Below are positions 9,634-21,753 of a stretch of 64,000 bases of DNA, one piece after another. Within the stretch, counting starts at the first letter, position 1. Every line of letters starts with the position of its first letter. The notes beneath the pieces were generated by a model, which worked only from the letters and a program-made list of their open reading frames with translations, was not told where the DNA came from and searched no databases. The DNA lies in NCBI GenBank assembly GCA_002104905.1, contig MCFE01000135.1, forward strand, positions 1 to 64,000. Direction: 5' to 3'. A program made the position numbers and the translations under genes. Source of the stretch: Basidiobolus meristosporus CBS 931.73. Its lineage: Eukaryota > Fungi > Basidiobolomycota.

Positions 9634-10362
9634 ATTCCAGAAGTACTTGACAATGCTATCCGGCAATCCGGGCGCGTTTATTTATACGGTATTCCGCGGA
9701 CGAGGAATGCTGAGACTATCTTCATTACGATTCTCTTCTTATGTAGTAAGGACCAGTTCCATTTAAACGTTGGAAATAGAGCCGGTTATTGGGTTAAAGG
9801 CTATATATATATATATTTATACTGTATACCATATCCCTCGCTCAGACATCTCAGTACACAGTGTTCCAACGCAGTATACAATCATTGTGATCTGCTTGAG
9901 CGTCCGATCTCATTGACTCCACCCTCACGAGCTAATAAGTTATCTTGGTGACATTTGCTTTCAATCAATGGGGGCTGATGGGTGAAGTGTCTAACATTCC
10001 AGCATGGGTCAGGCCTTCTCATCTTGTCCTACACACAAGCCTCTTTTTGCATCCCAACGCTGCCATATGGAGAGGATTTCTTGACTCATGAAGCGTCATC
10101 CACGGGGACCAACCATGCTTCCTGCCTGAATAATCGAAAACGCTAACGACCGGAATCAGATGATAGAAATAGTGAGCTGACTTGGCCCAAATGCGGTAAA
10201 CCGAGGTGAAATCGACCAATTTCATCGGGCAGTTTCCGGATTGGCAATCAGTGCCATCATGATCAGAGGAATTTTCATGTTGCGCTAGCGTTCAGGTGGC
10301 TTTAAATGGACCAGGGAGGGGATTTTTTCTGAACCTTCGTTTCTTTTGACTCCTCGACCTCC

Positions 10363-11739
10363 ATGTCTTTCTTGTGTCTGTTGGGCAAGCGAACCACTTG
10401 CGTAGCATCCCCTCGTATACTCGGAGCGTACCAGTTTCAACGTGGCTATGCCAACATGAACCCCCTGAGCTTCCCCGAAACCAAGCTAAAGCTAATCCCC
10501 ACCTCTGGCGAATACCCGAAGGGCTTCAAGGTGACCGGACTTCACTGCGGAGTGAAGAAGGACGCTTCCCGCAAAGACCTTGCCCTGATATACTCGGAAG
10601 TGCCTTGCAACGCTGCCGCCGTGTTCACCCAAAACATCTTCAAAGCCGCCCCAGTGGTGGTCTCCAAGGAAATCCTCGACAAGACCGGAGGAGAGAATGT
10701 GAATGTCTTGGTGGCCAATTCCGGCTGCGCCAACGCGGTGACCGGCGCCCGCGGCTTGGACAACGCAAGACTCATGAGCTCGACCGCCGCTGAGGTGGTT
10801 GGTGCCGAAACCGGCAGCTTGGTCATGTCCACCGGAGTCATCGGACATCACTTGCCCATGAAGCAGATCTTGGAAGGCATCAATAGCGCCAAGGATACCC
10901 TAGGCGACAACCATGAGGCCTGGTTGAACACCTCCATCGCCTTCATGACCACCGACACCTTCCCCAAGCTTCGTTCCGGCTCCTTCAAACTTCCCTCCGG
11001 AGTGACCTACAGAATGGCTGGCCTTTCCAAGGGGGCGGGAATGATCCACCCCAATATGGCCACTCTCTTGGGTATGGTCGCCACCGACGCACCCGTCAGC
11101 GCCGCTTGTCTGAAGAGCGCGCTCAAGTACGCCGCCGACCGCTCGTTCAACGCCATCTCGATCGATGGAGACACTAGCACCAACGACACCATTGCCGTGC
11201 TGGCCAACGGGGCCTCTACCCAGGACAAGGCCCACTTCATCCAGGATGAGAGCTCCGAGGATTTCAGACAGTTCCGCCAGGACTTGACCGACTTCACCGC
11301 CGAGCTCGCCAAGCTGGTGGTCAGGGACGGCGAAGGGGCCACCAAGTTCGTGACCATCAGCGTGGAGAACGCGCACACCTTCGAGGACGCCAAACAGGTG
11401 GCCAACACCATCGTCACCTCCGCCCTGGTGAAGACCGCGCTGTACGGGCAGGATGCCAACTGGGGACGCATCCTCTGCGCCGTAGGGTACAGCGGCATCG
11501 AGAACGTGGACCCCACCAAGGTGAACCTCACCTTCGTGCCGTCCGACGGAAGCGATCCCCTGGAGCTGCTGAAGGGAGGGGAACCGGTTGGATTCAGCGA
11601 GCAGAGAGCACTGGAGGTCCTCAAGCACGAAGATATCTACGTGAGGCTGGATCTGGGCGTAGGAAACGAGAGCGCCAAGATGTACACATGCGATTTCTCC
11701 CACGAGTACGTGAGCATCAACGCCGACTACCGCTCGTAA
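10363..11739 (+). CDS. ARG7: Ornithine acetyltransferase / glutamate N-acetyltransferase (ArgJ family), mitochondrial, 458 aa
   Basis: KGAGMIHPNMATLL autoprocessing motif (Thr nucleophile), NSGCANAVTG, DGEGATK, NWGRILCAVG and the C-terminal CDFSHEYVSINADYRS. The N-terminus resembles a mitochondrial presequence. Codon third positions are strongly GC-biased. Confidence 0.97.
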   Translation: MSFLCLLGKRTTCVASPRILGAYQFQRGYANMNPLSFPETKLKLIPTSGEYPKGFKVTGLHCGVKKDASRKDLALIYSEVPCNAAAVFTQNIFKAAPVVVSKEILDKTGGENVNVLVANSGCANAVTGARGLDNARLMSSTAAEVVGAETGSLVMSTGVIGHHLPMKQILEGINSAKDTLGDNHEAWLNTSIAFMTTDTFPKLRSGSFKLPSGVTYRMAGLSKGAGMIHPNMATLLGMVATDAPVSAACLKSALKYAADRSFNAISIDGDTSTNDTIAVLANGASTQDKAHFIQDESSEDFRQFRQDLTDFTAELAKLVVRDGEGATKFVTISVENAHTFEDAKQVANTIVTSALVKTALYGQDANWGRILCAVGYSGIENVDPTKVNLTFVPSDGSDPLELLKGGEPVGFSEQRALEVLKHEDIYVRLDLGVGNESAKMYTCDFSHEYVSINADYRS

Positions 11740-12425
11740 GCCAACTCCCCAACCTCCATCTCGCTCGCCATACCATACCATACCCGACCATCCCAACCCT
11801 AACCCTAACCTTCCCTGTAACCTTCTTGAACGCTCAGATAAAAACCAAGTACCGAGAACCGTGTGGAGATAGGTTTGGGGATAGCTGATGTTTATTTCTA
11901 CTGCGAATGTTGAGGTGCATGCAAAGACAATCAAGTACGATTGGGTGAGATGTGATGGCAACTGATTTACGTGGGGGTGGGGGTGGGGGTTGGAATGATG
12001 CTAAGATGCTTAACTATAAGGTACGTGACAATCGAAATGCTCTTTCACTCAGATGCGGGGCGAGATTCTCTGGTGCGCGGGGCGAGTAGGAAATAAGTTA
12101 ACCGGAGAGGGGGAGGGGGGAGGAGTGAGGGGAGAATCAATGAAAACGGTACATGATATTTGCCTAAGTATATATATATCAGTGTGCAGAGGGTGATTGA
12201 ATTCGAATCCAAGGGATTCGCCGTGAAGAAACTACTAAAAATTCATTACAAGAGAATGGGGCTGGGGCAAGGGCTGGGTCTGGGCTCGGGTTGGTGCTGG
12301 CCCCTGAACCTTTAAAAAAGATGAAGTGCAATGCCATGAGAAGTCTATAGGGTTGTTGGGTGTGGCGTCGTTGGGAAGTGCAAATGGCCATCGTTGATTC
12401 GGCTCGGTCTGGTCAATGCCCGTAT

Positions 12426-13641
12426 CTACTGACGAACCCCGAGCGGATTCTTGGAATAGCTGAGCCGGATTCCACCTTTGATCGAATTGCTGAGCAAGTG
12501 TCCCTGAAGCTCGTTCATGCTACGTGTAGCGTGGGGGATATCCTCGAATTCGACGAAACACATCGGGCCCGCATGGGGCTTCATTCGGAAACAGAGTCGC
12601 TTGTATCCAGGCTGGCCCGCGAAGAGTTGACGAAGCTCCTCTTCCATGGTATTCATCGGGAGATTCCCGACGTAAAGTGTGTTACACGGGGGGTTCTGGT
12701 CTCCCGAATTGACGCGTTGGCCGGTACCCATGTTGACCCCAGTGGGGGTGGTGGGAGAGAAAGGTGGCTCCGAAGTGTTCATAGGGAACGATCCGTCACT
12801 GGTCGGTGAGAGGCCATTGGTGTTGCTGAAGAAATTCCCAGAACCATTGAATCCAGCTCCTGGGAATTTGGGGAATGCAAAGGACTCGAGACCAGTGGGT
12901 GGCCCAGCCAAACGGCTGGAGTTGTAGCCTACAACACGCGAGGTGGGAACGCTAAGTCCCGGGGGAACACCGTTGTCACGCATTCCATCCACTCTCTCGT
13001 CTTCGTAGGGAGTTGAGGTGGAGCCATTTTCGGGGTTGACCACGAACTCGTGAAGCTGTGGTTGAGGGGAAAGCAGGTCTGACGGAAGGATAGGACCGCA
13101 TGGGAGAACATCGTAGGCAGCGGCTACGGTGTTCCCGTTGACTGTAGTCCTGAACCCTTTCTTGGTGGAGATCCCGGTGGCGTTGTTGGGTGTGAGCGCC
13201 TGGGTGAGGTTGATACTTGCGTTTCCTAGTTGGTTGTTGCTGTTGTCGCTGGATAGGCCACGCTTGGTGAGTAGGTTCTTTTTGGCCATCTCGGCCTTTA
13301 AAACACAACCTCTGTCAGCATCAACCTTACGTCCGTTTAGAACGTCACGGGCCTGAAGGGCCTCCAATCTTGAACGAAACTTGGCGAACCCGATCTAAAA
13401 ATAGGTACGAAGAGTGTGAGTGACACAGGAAGGTGGGGAAGGGACGAGGCGTCGGGCTTACGATTTGTTTGCGGTTGCTGCCTGTGCCATCGTCGGAGTC
13501 ACTCGACTGAGGGGCTTTCAAGGTCGCCGCCTCGAAGCCCGGACAAAAGGTAAACATGTTTTGAAATTCACGCTCCTGCATGTCCTCAGGAAACCCGATG
13601 ACAAAGATGGTTGTGATCTCTTCGATAGTACTTTGCATCAT
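12426..13641 (-). CDS. Two-RRM RNA-binding protein, Whi3/Scw1 (RBPMS-like) family; exons 13641-13462 and 13394-12426, about 382 aa
   Basis: The N-terminal RRM TIFVIGFPEDMQEREFQNMF...IGFAKF...LKAEMAKKN is joined across intron 13395-13461. The C-terminal RRM is NPPCNTLYVGNLP...PMCFVEFED...GGIRLSYSKNPLGVR. Confidence 0.9.
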
Positions 13642-14610
13642 GTATGTACTGAAAGTGACTGTTATATTGTTCAAGTGAGGAGTGGGGAATGCGGTGGAAG
13701 ATGCGAAGTGCGGTGGGGGAAGGGAAGGGGAGTAAGTATGCGGCAGAGATGAAGTGTCTGTTGACTTGTTGGTGGGATGCTGAAGAGTAGGGACACTTTT
13801 TCGTGCGCTAGTTACAAGAAAACGCGAAACCGTGTCTAGGAAGAGGGGAGTTTATAGGTTGCAAGAAGGATGAGGAGAGAAAAGTCGTCGAGTGGATCGA
13901 TCCCAAGAGAGGCATTAAATTTGGGAAAGAAAAAAAAACCATGAAATATTCCCGGAATGCAGAAATCCATACATATCTTGGGTTCCTGGCATTCCATAGG
14001 CTACGACTCACCATTCCATCTAGAACCTGGCTCGTAACATGACTGGAATAAACATGCTGCTTTCAGTGATTGGCCGTGGGATGGCAATTCTCTGATTACG
14101 TCCGGATAAAGATCAGTGGATCAAATAGACTGATGTTGATTGACAATTGCCGATGAGGTCATCCGCTGGATCCAACTGGATACAGAACGTCCCAAGTGTT
14201 CTCCGCCAATCACTGCGCTGTATCGCGTAGTTTGAGGTTGGTCGCAAGGCAAATCGCCTTGGAAATCCAATGGATCTTGGATTTTGCCGCGGAGGGCGAA
14301 AAGGAAATGATCGGCCTTCTGGATGCTGATCACCGAAACGATTTCCCTGACTTCCACCTCACCCCATGGAACCCAGCATAGAAGAGATGGTCTTTCGAGA
14401 ATCCAATGAGCAAACCCTCGATTTATTAGTCTGAACGTTGCCTGTATGTGGTATAACACAGTGGTCGCCATATCGGCGTTTTGTTCGACAAACATCATGC
14501 TGTGCCTAGCTGCGCCTACCTCTCTGCAAACACCAGGCTAATCTAGGGTTCCCTTCACTCGGATATTATCGACGTGTTTACTTGCGAGTGGCCTTGGTGC
14601 CCACGCCCGC

Positions 14611-15858
14611 TTAGACCAAACCACAGATAGTCAAGCTTCTCATCTCGCCTAGGACCTCGTCGATTCTACCATCGATATGCACCTGGGCCTCCATAGGTGG
14701 GAAATCCTGGCTGATCGCGGCCAGGCGGCCGTACGCATCTTGGGCGAACTTGTACTGTGCCTTGAGCATGGCTTCGAAGCAAGGATCCACTATGTCCACT
14801 CGAGCGTCCACCAGCTTGGGAAACACGTCAAGTATTTGCTGGTTGAGCGCCTCGTACACCTCCTGTGCCTGGTTACCCGGGCCGTCGTACTAGCCATACA
14901 AACGTCGGATTGGTTACAGTTGCCGATTGATCGACCGTGCACGTCTCGACTTACCTGTGAGAAGCGATCATCCCCTACTTTGCTCGCCATCTTGCGAGCT
15001 TTGGCGCTTTCCGCATCGTAGTCGAGCAGCTTGCGGTTACGCTTCTTGATGGATTTATCGACTTCCGAGAAGTAGCTGCAGTAACGTCCGATAGGCTCCA
15101 GCACTGTCGCGCTAAAATCCTCTCCCTCAAGAGCGAGTTAGTCCTGCAAATTCCACACGAACCTTCAAACTCCCCCCCCCGCCACTTACCAACACACTTT
15201 TGGAGTCCATTTCCAGTTCCTCGACTACCTGAAGGTACCTACGGGTACTAAGTGAAAGCTCTCCGGTGGTGTCCCCAGTGAACTCCGAGATCGACTTGGC
15301 AATTTCAATCTGGGCTAAAGACATCTCTATTCAAATCAGGACATATGAGACGGTGTTCTAGACTGTTATACGTAGACACAGACAAACCTCTGATGGCTTC
15401 AGCATAGCCTCTAGCTTGTCTGTGAAGGTCTTCGGATTTTGCTTCTAGACTATATAGATCATGGGGGTCAGTCAGCCTGTTTAGTTGGAAATGGGGGGGG
15501 TGAGGTGGAGAAACACGCAGAATACCATACTTTCTAAACCGTCTCTCTTCCTGGTTGAATCGATCGTCCACCTAAAGCGAAGCGAACAAAGTTGAGAAGG
15601 AGAAAGGAGTTGGCGAGGTTGGGTGCGCAAGAAACTCGAAAACCCGTACCGTTCTGTTCACGGAGCCGGTCTTTTGTCGCATCTGAAGGAACATCTGTTA
15701 GCAAAAGGGGCCGCTGGTTCAGTCTCTCCTCCCCCAGTACTTACGGTAGTACCGGCACGATCCACCGCTTTTTTGAAACCGGACCTAGAGTGGGGTGCCT
15801 TAGTAAGTGTACACGTCGAAACCAGGCTGCGCTGGGTGGGCAACACTTACCAACTCAT
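14611..15858 (-). CDS. RVS161: BAR-only amphiphysin (Rvs161/Hob3 ortholog), multi-exon
   Basis: The spliced sequence begins MSW|SGFKKAVDRAGTT|MRQKTGSVNRT|VDDRFNQEERRF, with an 8-nt first exon at 15851-15858. It contains VLEPIGRYCSYFSEVDKSIKKRNRKLLDYD and ends IDEVLGEMRSLTICGLV*. This is collinear with yeast Rvs161 and fission-yeast Hob3 as I recall them. Confidence 0.92.
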
Positions 15859-16511
15859 CGTAGATGTTTCGTTCTGTAAACGTTTGCAAAGGGGTCAAAG
15901 TGTGTGTGTTTGTGTGTGTGGGTGGATTGGGTAACTGAAAGGGATGGATTTATCGGTTGGTGGTCGAATTCCATGGCCCTATCAATGATGTCATGCAGGC
16001 CAACCACCGGTCCTAATGAATTGGCCTAGGGGATTAGATGACCCGGCGATGGAACAAATGGGTTTCGTGACATAGATCTGATCATTATTCAACCGAATAC
16101 AATGAATGGCCATCCGGTGACTTGTCCCAGCCAGCCCAGCCTCAGCCTGATGACGCTAACGCTGTGAGACCAAGCTGGAAAAATTGGTGAATTCCTCGAA
16201 ATCATGGGGATTTATCTTGGCTCTGGCGGGGACGAACGTTGATTCGCAGTCAATGGTCCGATTGGTAAATACCCTTCAAATGGGAGAGTTGGACGGCCAT
16301 TTACCAAAAGCGTGGATGAATTTCAGTCGCATTTGTACCCACAAATACACTCGCTTTCACCTTCATCTTCACCCACACCCACACCCACTGCCTCACCCAC
16401 GTCTACTCTTACGCTATCGCTTTCACCCAAGTTTCCCTCAGCATCTTCTGCACTTCAAGTACATCGAGAGAACAACCAAACCCTTTCACTCTGGAACCCA
16501 CCTAAAGTCCC

Positions 16512-17486
16512 ATGTCCAAAGACGAGCCAAAAACCACCAACGTGTCTCTGGAGGAGACCAAGAGTGGCAACCAACCCGAAGAGTCGACCACTTGGTTCAC
16601 TGGGAACTTTCGCTCCAATTTCAAGCACGTTTTCGCTCACCTACTCAACGAGGAACCGCCCCAGGAGACGGGTCCCGTCCACAAGCAACCGGAGGTACAA
16701 CGTAGCAAGGAGCAGTTCTGCATCCAGTGGTGTAGTCAGACCCGCTCCCAAACTGAGCAGTCCACCGGCCCCGATTGCCGTATGTGGTGTGTGCGCCGAG
16801 TCGAGGTAGGAGGAACGTTCGGCGTGGGCTGGAATGGGTGTTGGCCGTTTCATACTCACCCAAGGGAACCTTTTTCTCTCTAGGAGGAAACGAACTGGAA
16901 CCCGTTTAGCGGGATCCACCTTTACTCCGTACACGGGTTTAACAAGTGTCAGGAACAGATTGAAGGTCAGTGCTTCGCGAGTCGGTGCCCCCTTCTTACT
17001 CCACCCCACCCCACCCCAACCCAACCTAACCACACCCTAACTTCCAACCACACCTCTAGAAATGGACACGCCTCAACAGCCAGCAACCTGGACCCGGTAA
17101 GTTTCCCTCCGATTCTCACTTCCACTCAAGCCCAGGCTTGGCTGTTCACCCGTGTCTACAACTCAACCCCAACTTCCCTAGAGCAAGCTACCACCTTGAT
17201 ATCGGGGAGAAGTCCGAACAGTTCAAAGAAGAAGGTAAGCGAGGATCCCCCAGCGTCCACCAGTGATCAAAGTCTAACTCGGTCTTGACCACTAGCCGTG
17301 CGGATCGTCAAGAAGACCTTTGGCCCCGGGTACGAGTGGGGCCGTCGCTACCTGATGAGTTGGCAGGATGGGACGCAGGCGAGGTTCTTCGATCGGTTCA
17401 CCACTAGCATCAAGCAGGGGGATGGCCTTGACCTGGCCAAGAAAAGCCTGTCGAAGATCATGGAGTCGCTGCGTGGGGAGAAATAG
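16512..17486 (+). CDS. Uncharacterised protein, 5 exons, about 218 aa, with paired CxxxC motifs
   Basis: Four GT-AG introns (first is 16806-16883) give one open frame from MSKDEPK through FCIQWCSQ...DCRMWCVRRV to LSKIMESLRGEK*. Codon usage is GC3-rich like the neighbouring housekeeping genes. Confidence 0.7.
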
Positions 17487-17836
17487 TCCCGCACGATAGG
17501 CACCTCTTCCCCTGTACCGGCCTCTGCCTTTCCTTCCCCCCCCCACCACCATCACCACCACCACCACCACCCAGCTGTATTATTTCTTCCTAGATCGACG
17601 CAGTCTAACCAATGTCCCGTGAATATCTAACCATTAAACACATGTGTAACTAGCCACATCTCCCGGAGAGACTCGACCGGACCGGTTGATGTGGTCGTTG
17701 GCACACTCGAATCCCCGCCAAATGAAGGGTTTCAAATCAATGCCAGTAAAGAGCCTGCTCATCCATGGACCGATCATGCATGGGGACAGGTTGGTTCCAG
17801 GCTTTGGTGGCAAATCGTATGGGTGGGGGCAGGTCG

Positions 17837-18429
17837 CCCTATGAAAAATCTCATACCTGGATTTCGTATTCAGCTGCTGTTTCTCCCTCAATCTTTCGGT
17901 TGTCAGCAGTGGTGGAAGCGGTGAGTGATTTGTTACCAAATCTGGTACGATGGTTATCCGGTCTAGCCTCCTCCTAGAAAATGGTGGCCTCTTGTCTGCT
18001 GTATGTTGTAAGTATTCGGTTTACACCGAAACCAATCGTGTAACGCAAGCTTCCACTTGGCTGATTGCCAAGTTACGAATTATTGACTAGAGACTTAGTT
18101 GGTAAGATACTCGCCAATTCTTTGGGTTTGTGAAGGCCTGGAAGTTGTTGATACTTCCAAACTCCTCCAAACCCTCCCAAACTTTGCACATAGCTTCCAG
18201 GGACCTTCCTTCCAACACTATTACCATTTGCCTCATAAAGCTCCCCCAGAAGCAAGTACACTTCATTTGAACTCAACAAAGCAATCAGTGAACATCATCT
18301 AACTCTTCTGGTTCTCGAAATCCCTTCCAAACTCCCAGGAATCTTGCAACGCTGTATGGATAGAAGCTGAGATATCGAAAGCAGTGAGGTTGGTGAAACT
18401 TGGAATTTCGCTGATATTGTGGAGGTATC
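17837..18429. mobile_element. Terminal fragment of a CMC/CACTA-like element marking the start of the transposon block
   Basis: It begins with CCCTATGAAAAAT, identical to the termini at 21754 and 43426. It is interrupted by the solo LTR 18004-18351. No matching other end was found. Confidence 0.45.
18004..18351 (+). mobile_element. Solo copia-type LTR, 348 bp, TSD CTGTA
   Basis: Termini are TGTTGTAAG...CTTGCAACG, with CTGTA at 17999-18003 and 18352-18356. It is a diverged relative of the LTRs at 48935 and 53233. Confidence 0.75.
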
Positions 18430-20835
18430 TGTTGCAAGAGTTTTGGAGATATTGGAGGTGATCGGGAGAACAAGTAGATCATGTGGTTTCCACTTCATGA
18501 TTCATTCAGTGTGAAAGTGGTATTTGTACTTTTACATGGTCTTGGCAAAGCAAACACCCAGAATATGTTGAGGATGGTCCCAAGAACATGTGCGCAAAGT
18601 TTGGGGCTGTTTGGACCACTTTGAGAGTTCTCATGTTCTGGGTACCTGATGTCTTGGTGAAGATATTCTAAGTAGATCCCAACAAGGAATTTGGTCAGTA
18701 TTCTCTAGGATCTGTAGGTAATGATCTAAGTGACCAAGTTAGGTGAATAGCATGGTGGAATAAAGAATTCTTGAAGCACTTCCACTCAACTGAATATTCA
18801 TATTGACTTATCCTAATTGTGATCTTTGGATTTGTTTCCAGCTAATGGTTTGGCAAATATGTCTGAAATCATTTCATCTGTAGGACAGTAAGCTAAGCTA
18901 GCCAAGTAATTCTCTATAGCTTCAGATACAAAATGATGTCTACTATCTAGGTGCTCAGTCCTAGAATGGAAAGGTGGCTCTACCCTACTACATACATCCT
19001 TGACTATTCCAAAATAATGCAATATGGGCATTTTGTCATAGGCATGAGTCTTTAAAAGGCTTTCTTGAGCACATTGCTTCTGTTGTAGCCTCACAGGCTG
19101 CCATATATTCCACCTCTCTGGTGGAAAGTGATATGGCTGGTTGCTTTCTTGATTTCTCATTTAGTTGATTTGTTAGAGTAGAGAAAGGAGGTGTTGTAGG
19201 AGTATTGGAGATTTTGGAAGTGATTGGGAGGACAAGCAGATTATGTGGCTTTCACTAAAGATTTATTCAATGTAAAAGTGGTATTTATGCTTTAACATGG
19301 GCTTGGCATAAAAAACATGTTGAATATGTTTAGGAAGGTCCTAAGTAAATGTGTGCAAAGTGCAGGGCTGTTTGGACAACCTAACTAATTTTCATGTTCT
19401 GGGTACCTGATATCTTGGTGAAAATATTCCAAGTGAGTTCCAACAAGGAACTTGATCAGAATTCTTCATGATTTGTAGGTAATAATCCAAGTGACTAAGT
19501 TAGGTAAATAGCATGGTGGAATAAAAGATTTATGCAGCACTTCCACTCAACTCAATATTCCTATTGACTTATCCTAATTGTGATCTTCAGATTTGTTTCC
19601 AGCTAATGGTTTGGTAAATATGTCAGAAATCATTTCATCTGTAGGACAGTAAGCCAAGTTAACCAAGTAACTCTCTGTAGCTACACATAGGAAATGATGT
19701 CTATTATCTATATGCTCAGTCCTAGAATTCAAAGTTGGCTCTACCCTACTACATACATCCTTGATTACTCCAAAATAATGTAATATGGCTTTTTGTCATA
19801 GGCATCAGTCTTTAAAAAGCTTTCTTGAGTGCATTGCTTCTGTTGTAGCCTCACAGGCTGCCATATATTCCACCTCCCTGGTGGAAAGTGATATGGCTGG
19901 TTGCTTTCTTGAGTTCCCATCAAATTGATTTGTTAGGGTAGAGAAAGGAGGTGTTGTAGAAGTATTCAAGATTTTGGAAGTGATTGAAAGACCAAGTAGA
20001 TTATGTGGTTTTAACTCATTGATTTATTCAATGTAGAAGTGGTATTTGTACTTTAACATGGTCTTGGCATACAAAACATGTATATTATGTTTAGGGAGGT
20101 CCCAAGAGCATGTGTGCAAAGTTCAAGACTGTTTGGATAACTTTGAAAATATTCATGCTCTGGGTACCTGATGTTTTTGGTGAGTAATATTCCAAGTAAT
20201 GCCTGACAAGGAGTGTGGTCATTATTCACCAAGGTCTGTAGGCAATGATGTAAGTGAATAAGGTAGGTGAATATTTAGGTGGAATTACAAACTTTGACAA
20301 CACTCCCAATTGACTAAGTTCTTATACTTACCAGTCCTAGTTGTGACCTAAGATATTCAAGTATGTCTCTAGCTAATGGTTTGGTGAATATGTCTACAAC
20401 CATTTCATCTGCAGGACAGTAAATTAAGTTTACTAAGCTATTCTCTATAGCTTCACATATAAAATGATCTCTAATATCTATGTGCTTAGCTCCAGCATCA
20501 AAAGTTTGATTTCTACCTAATTGTATATACCCTTGCTTATCTTGATATAATGTAATAGGCATTTCTTGGCACAGCCTGAGTATTTGAAAGCTTTCTTAAC
20601 CATATTGCTTCTTCTTTAGCTTCACAGGCAGCCATATACTCAGCCTCTCTATTGGAAAGTGCCACAGTAGGTAGCTTTCTTGAACTCCACAAAATTACTC
20701 CTTTACAGTCAAGAAAAGTGTATCCTGTAGTGGATCCTCTATTGTCTAAATTCTGTCCCCAATCATCATCAGAGTGTCCCACAACATTCTGCTCCAAATT
20801 CTGATAGGAGTACCTTGAGGAAGTATCAGTAGTTC
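18430..20835 (-). mobile_element. Tandem array of three copia LTR + PPT + RNase H fragment units (period about 760 bp)
   Basis: LTRs lie at 18430-18778, 19192-19539 and 19952-20302. Each is followed by a CTTCCACTC/CTCCC polypurine tract (minus strand) and RNase H remnants (EAEYMAACEA, KHIDIRDHFICEAIEN). Confidence 0.8.
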
Positions 20836-20839
20836 ATTT

Positions 20840-21243
20840 TGTTGTAAAAACTTGTAATTCCACCCAAGTATTCACCTAACTTAGTCACTTAGATCATTAC
20901 CTACAAATCTATGAGAAGACTGACCAAATTCCTTGTTGGGATTTACTTAGAATATTCTCACCAAGATATCAGGTACCCAGATCATGAAAACTCTCAAAGT
21001 TGTCCAAGCAGCCCCAAACTTTTCACACATGTTCTTGGGACCTTCCTAAACCTATTCCATATGTTTGTTATGCCAAGACCATGTAATGGTGCAAATACTA
21101 CATTTACATTCAATACATCATTGAGTGAACACCATATAATTTACTTGTTCTCCCAATCACTTCAAATATCTCCAAGACTCTTACAACTGGTTATTAGCCT
21201 CAAGCTGTCATGCTCTGAATGTCTACTATTGCTATTACCGGAA
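20840..21243 (+). mobile_element. Truncated copia 5' end: LTR (20840-21188), PBS and start of gag
   Basis: This is the reverse-orientation homolog of LTR 53233-53581. It is followed by GGTTATTAGCCTC (degenerate PBS) and about 50 bp matching the gag start of the 48935-53581 element. Confidence 0.75.
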
Positions 21244-21753
21244 CCCTATGAAGAATTACTGAGATAATCCCATCAAAAGGCCATCACAAAGTTAAGGTCC
21301 CATGACTAAGAGGTACTGATTCCATCAGGACATTGTCTGAATATTAATTGCACCCCAGATTTCACAAAAAACTTAGTCAAAATTTTTCATCACAACATTA
21401 TATAAGTGGCTTTTGATTGGATTCCTGCCAATTTACTCACTTTCTAATCCCAGACACTCTATTGCTGCCTATATTTGTGTGCATTGATAGGCTATTGCCT
21501 CTTTTTCACACTCCTTACTTCCTGACTCAACCATTTCTCTTACTTATCATGCATACAAATTGATTTATTTCCATTGAAACTTCAGTTGACCTCAATTGCC
21601 AATTATATTGACATATACAAGTCCCTATACCCTACACTAACATTAAGCTCAACCCCACACTCAACAAGTAATTCCATTAAAATCCTCTACCCAATTAGTA
21701 TTTCTGCAGTAATAGTGGTTTCCATGACTTTGGCAGGAACCCTATGGCTTTAT
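21244..21753. mobile_element. Terminal fragment (ORF2-side end) of another CMC/CACTA-like copy
   Basis: It starts CCCTATGAAGAATTA and is collinear with 43426-43930. It is cut off where copy 1 begins. Confidence 0.65.

Noticed and set aside
11768-11811. (CCATA)n and (AACCCT)n repeats, the latter telomere-like
   Set aside because: Only 2-3 units in a pyrimidine-rich 3' UTR, too short to call an interstitial telomere.
10900-11961. 353-aa antisense ORF over ARG7, and other antisense ORFs over genes
   Set aside because: This is the expected by-product of strong GC3 codon bias on the sense strand.
13808-14498. ORFs 13808-14014 and 14121-14498 between the RRM gene and RVS161
   Set aside because: No motifs or codon bias. 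A regulatory uORF cannot be shown without transcript ends.
17634-17939. 101-aa ORF considered as a Tc1/mariner remnant
   Set aside because: The WPxxSPDLNPIE motif is absent, and the ORF spans the CMC terminus at 17837.
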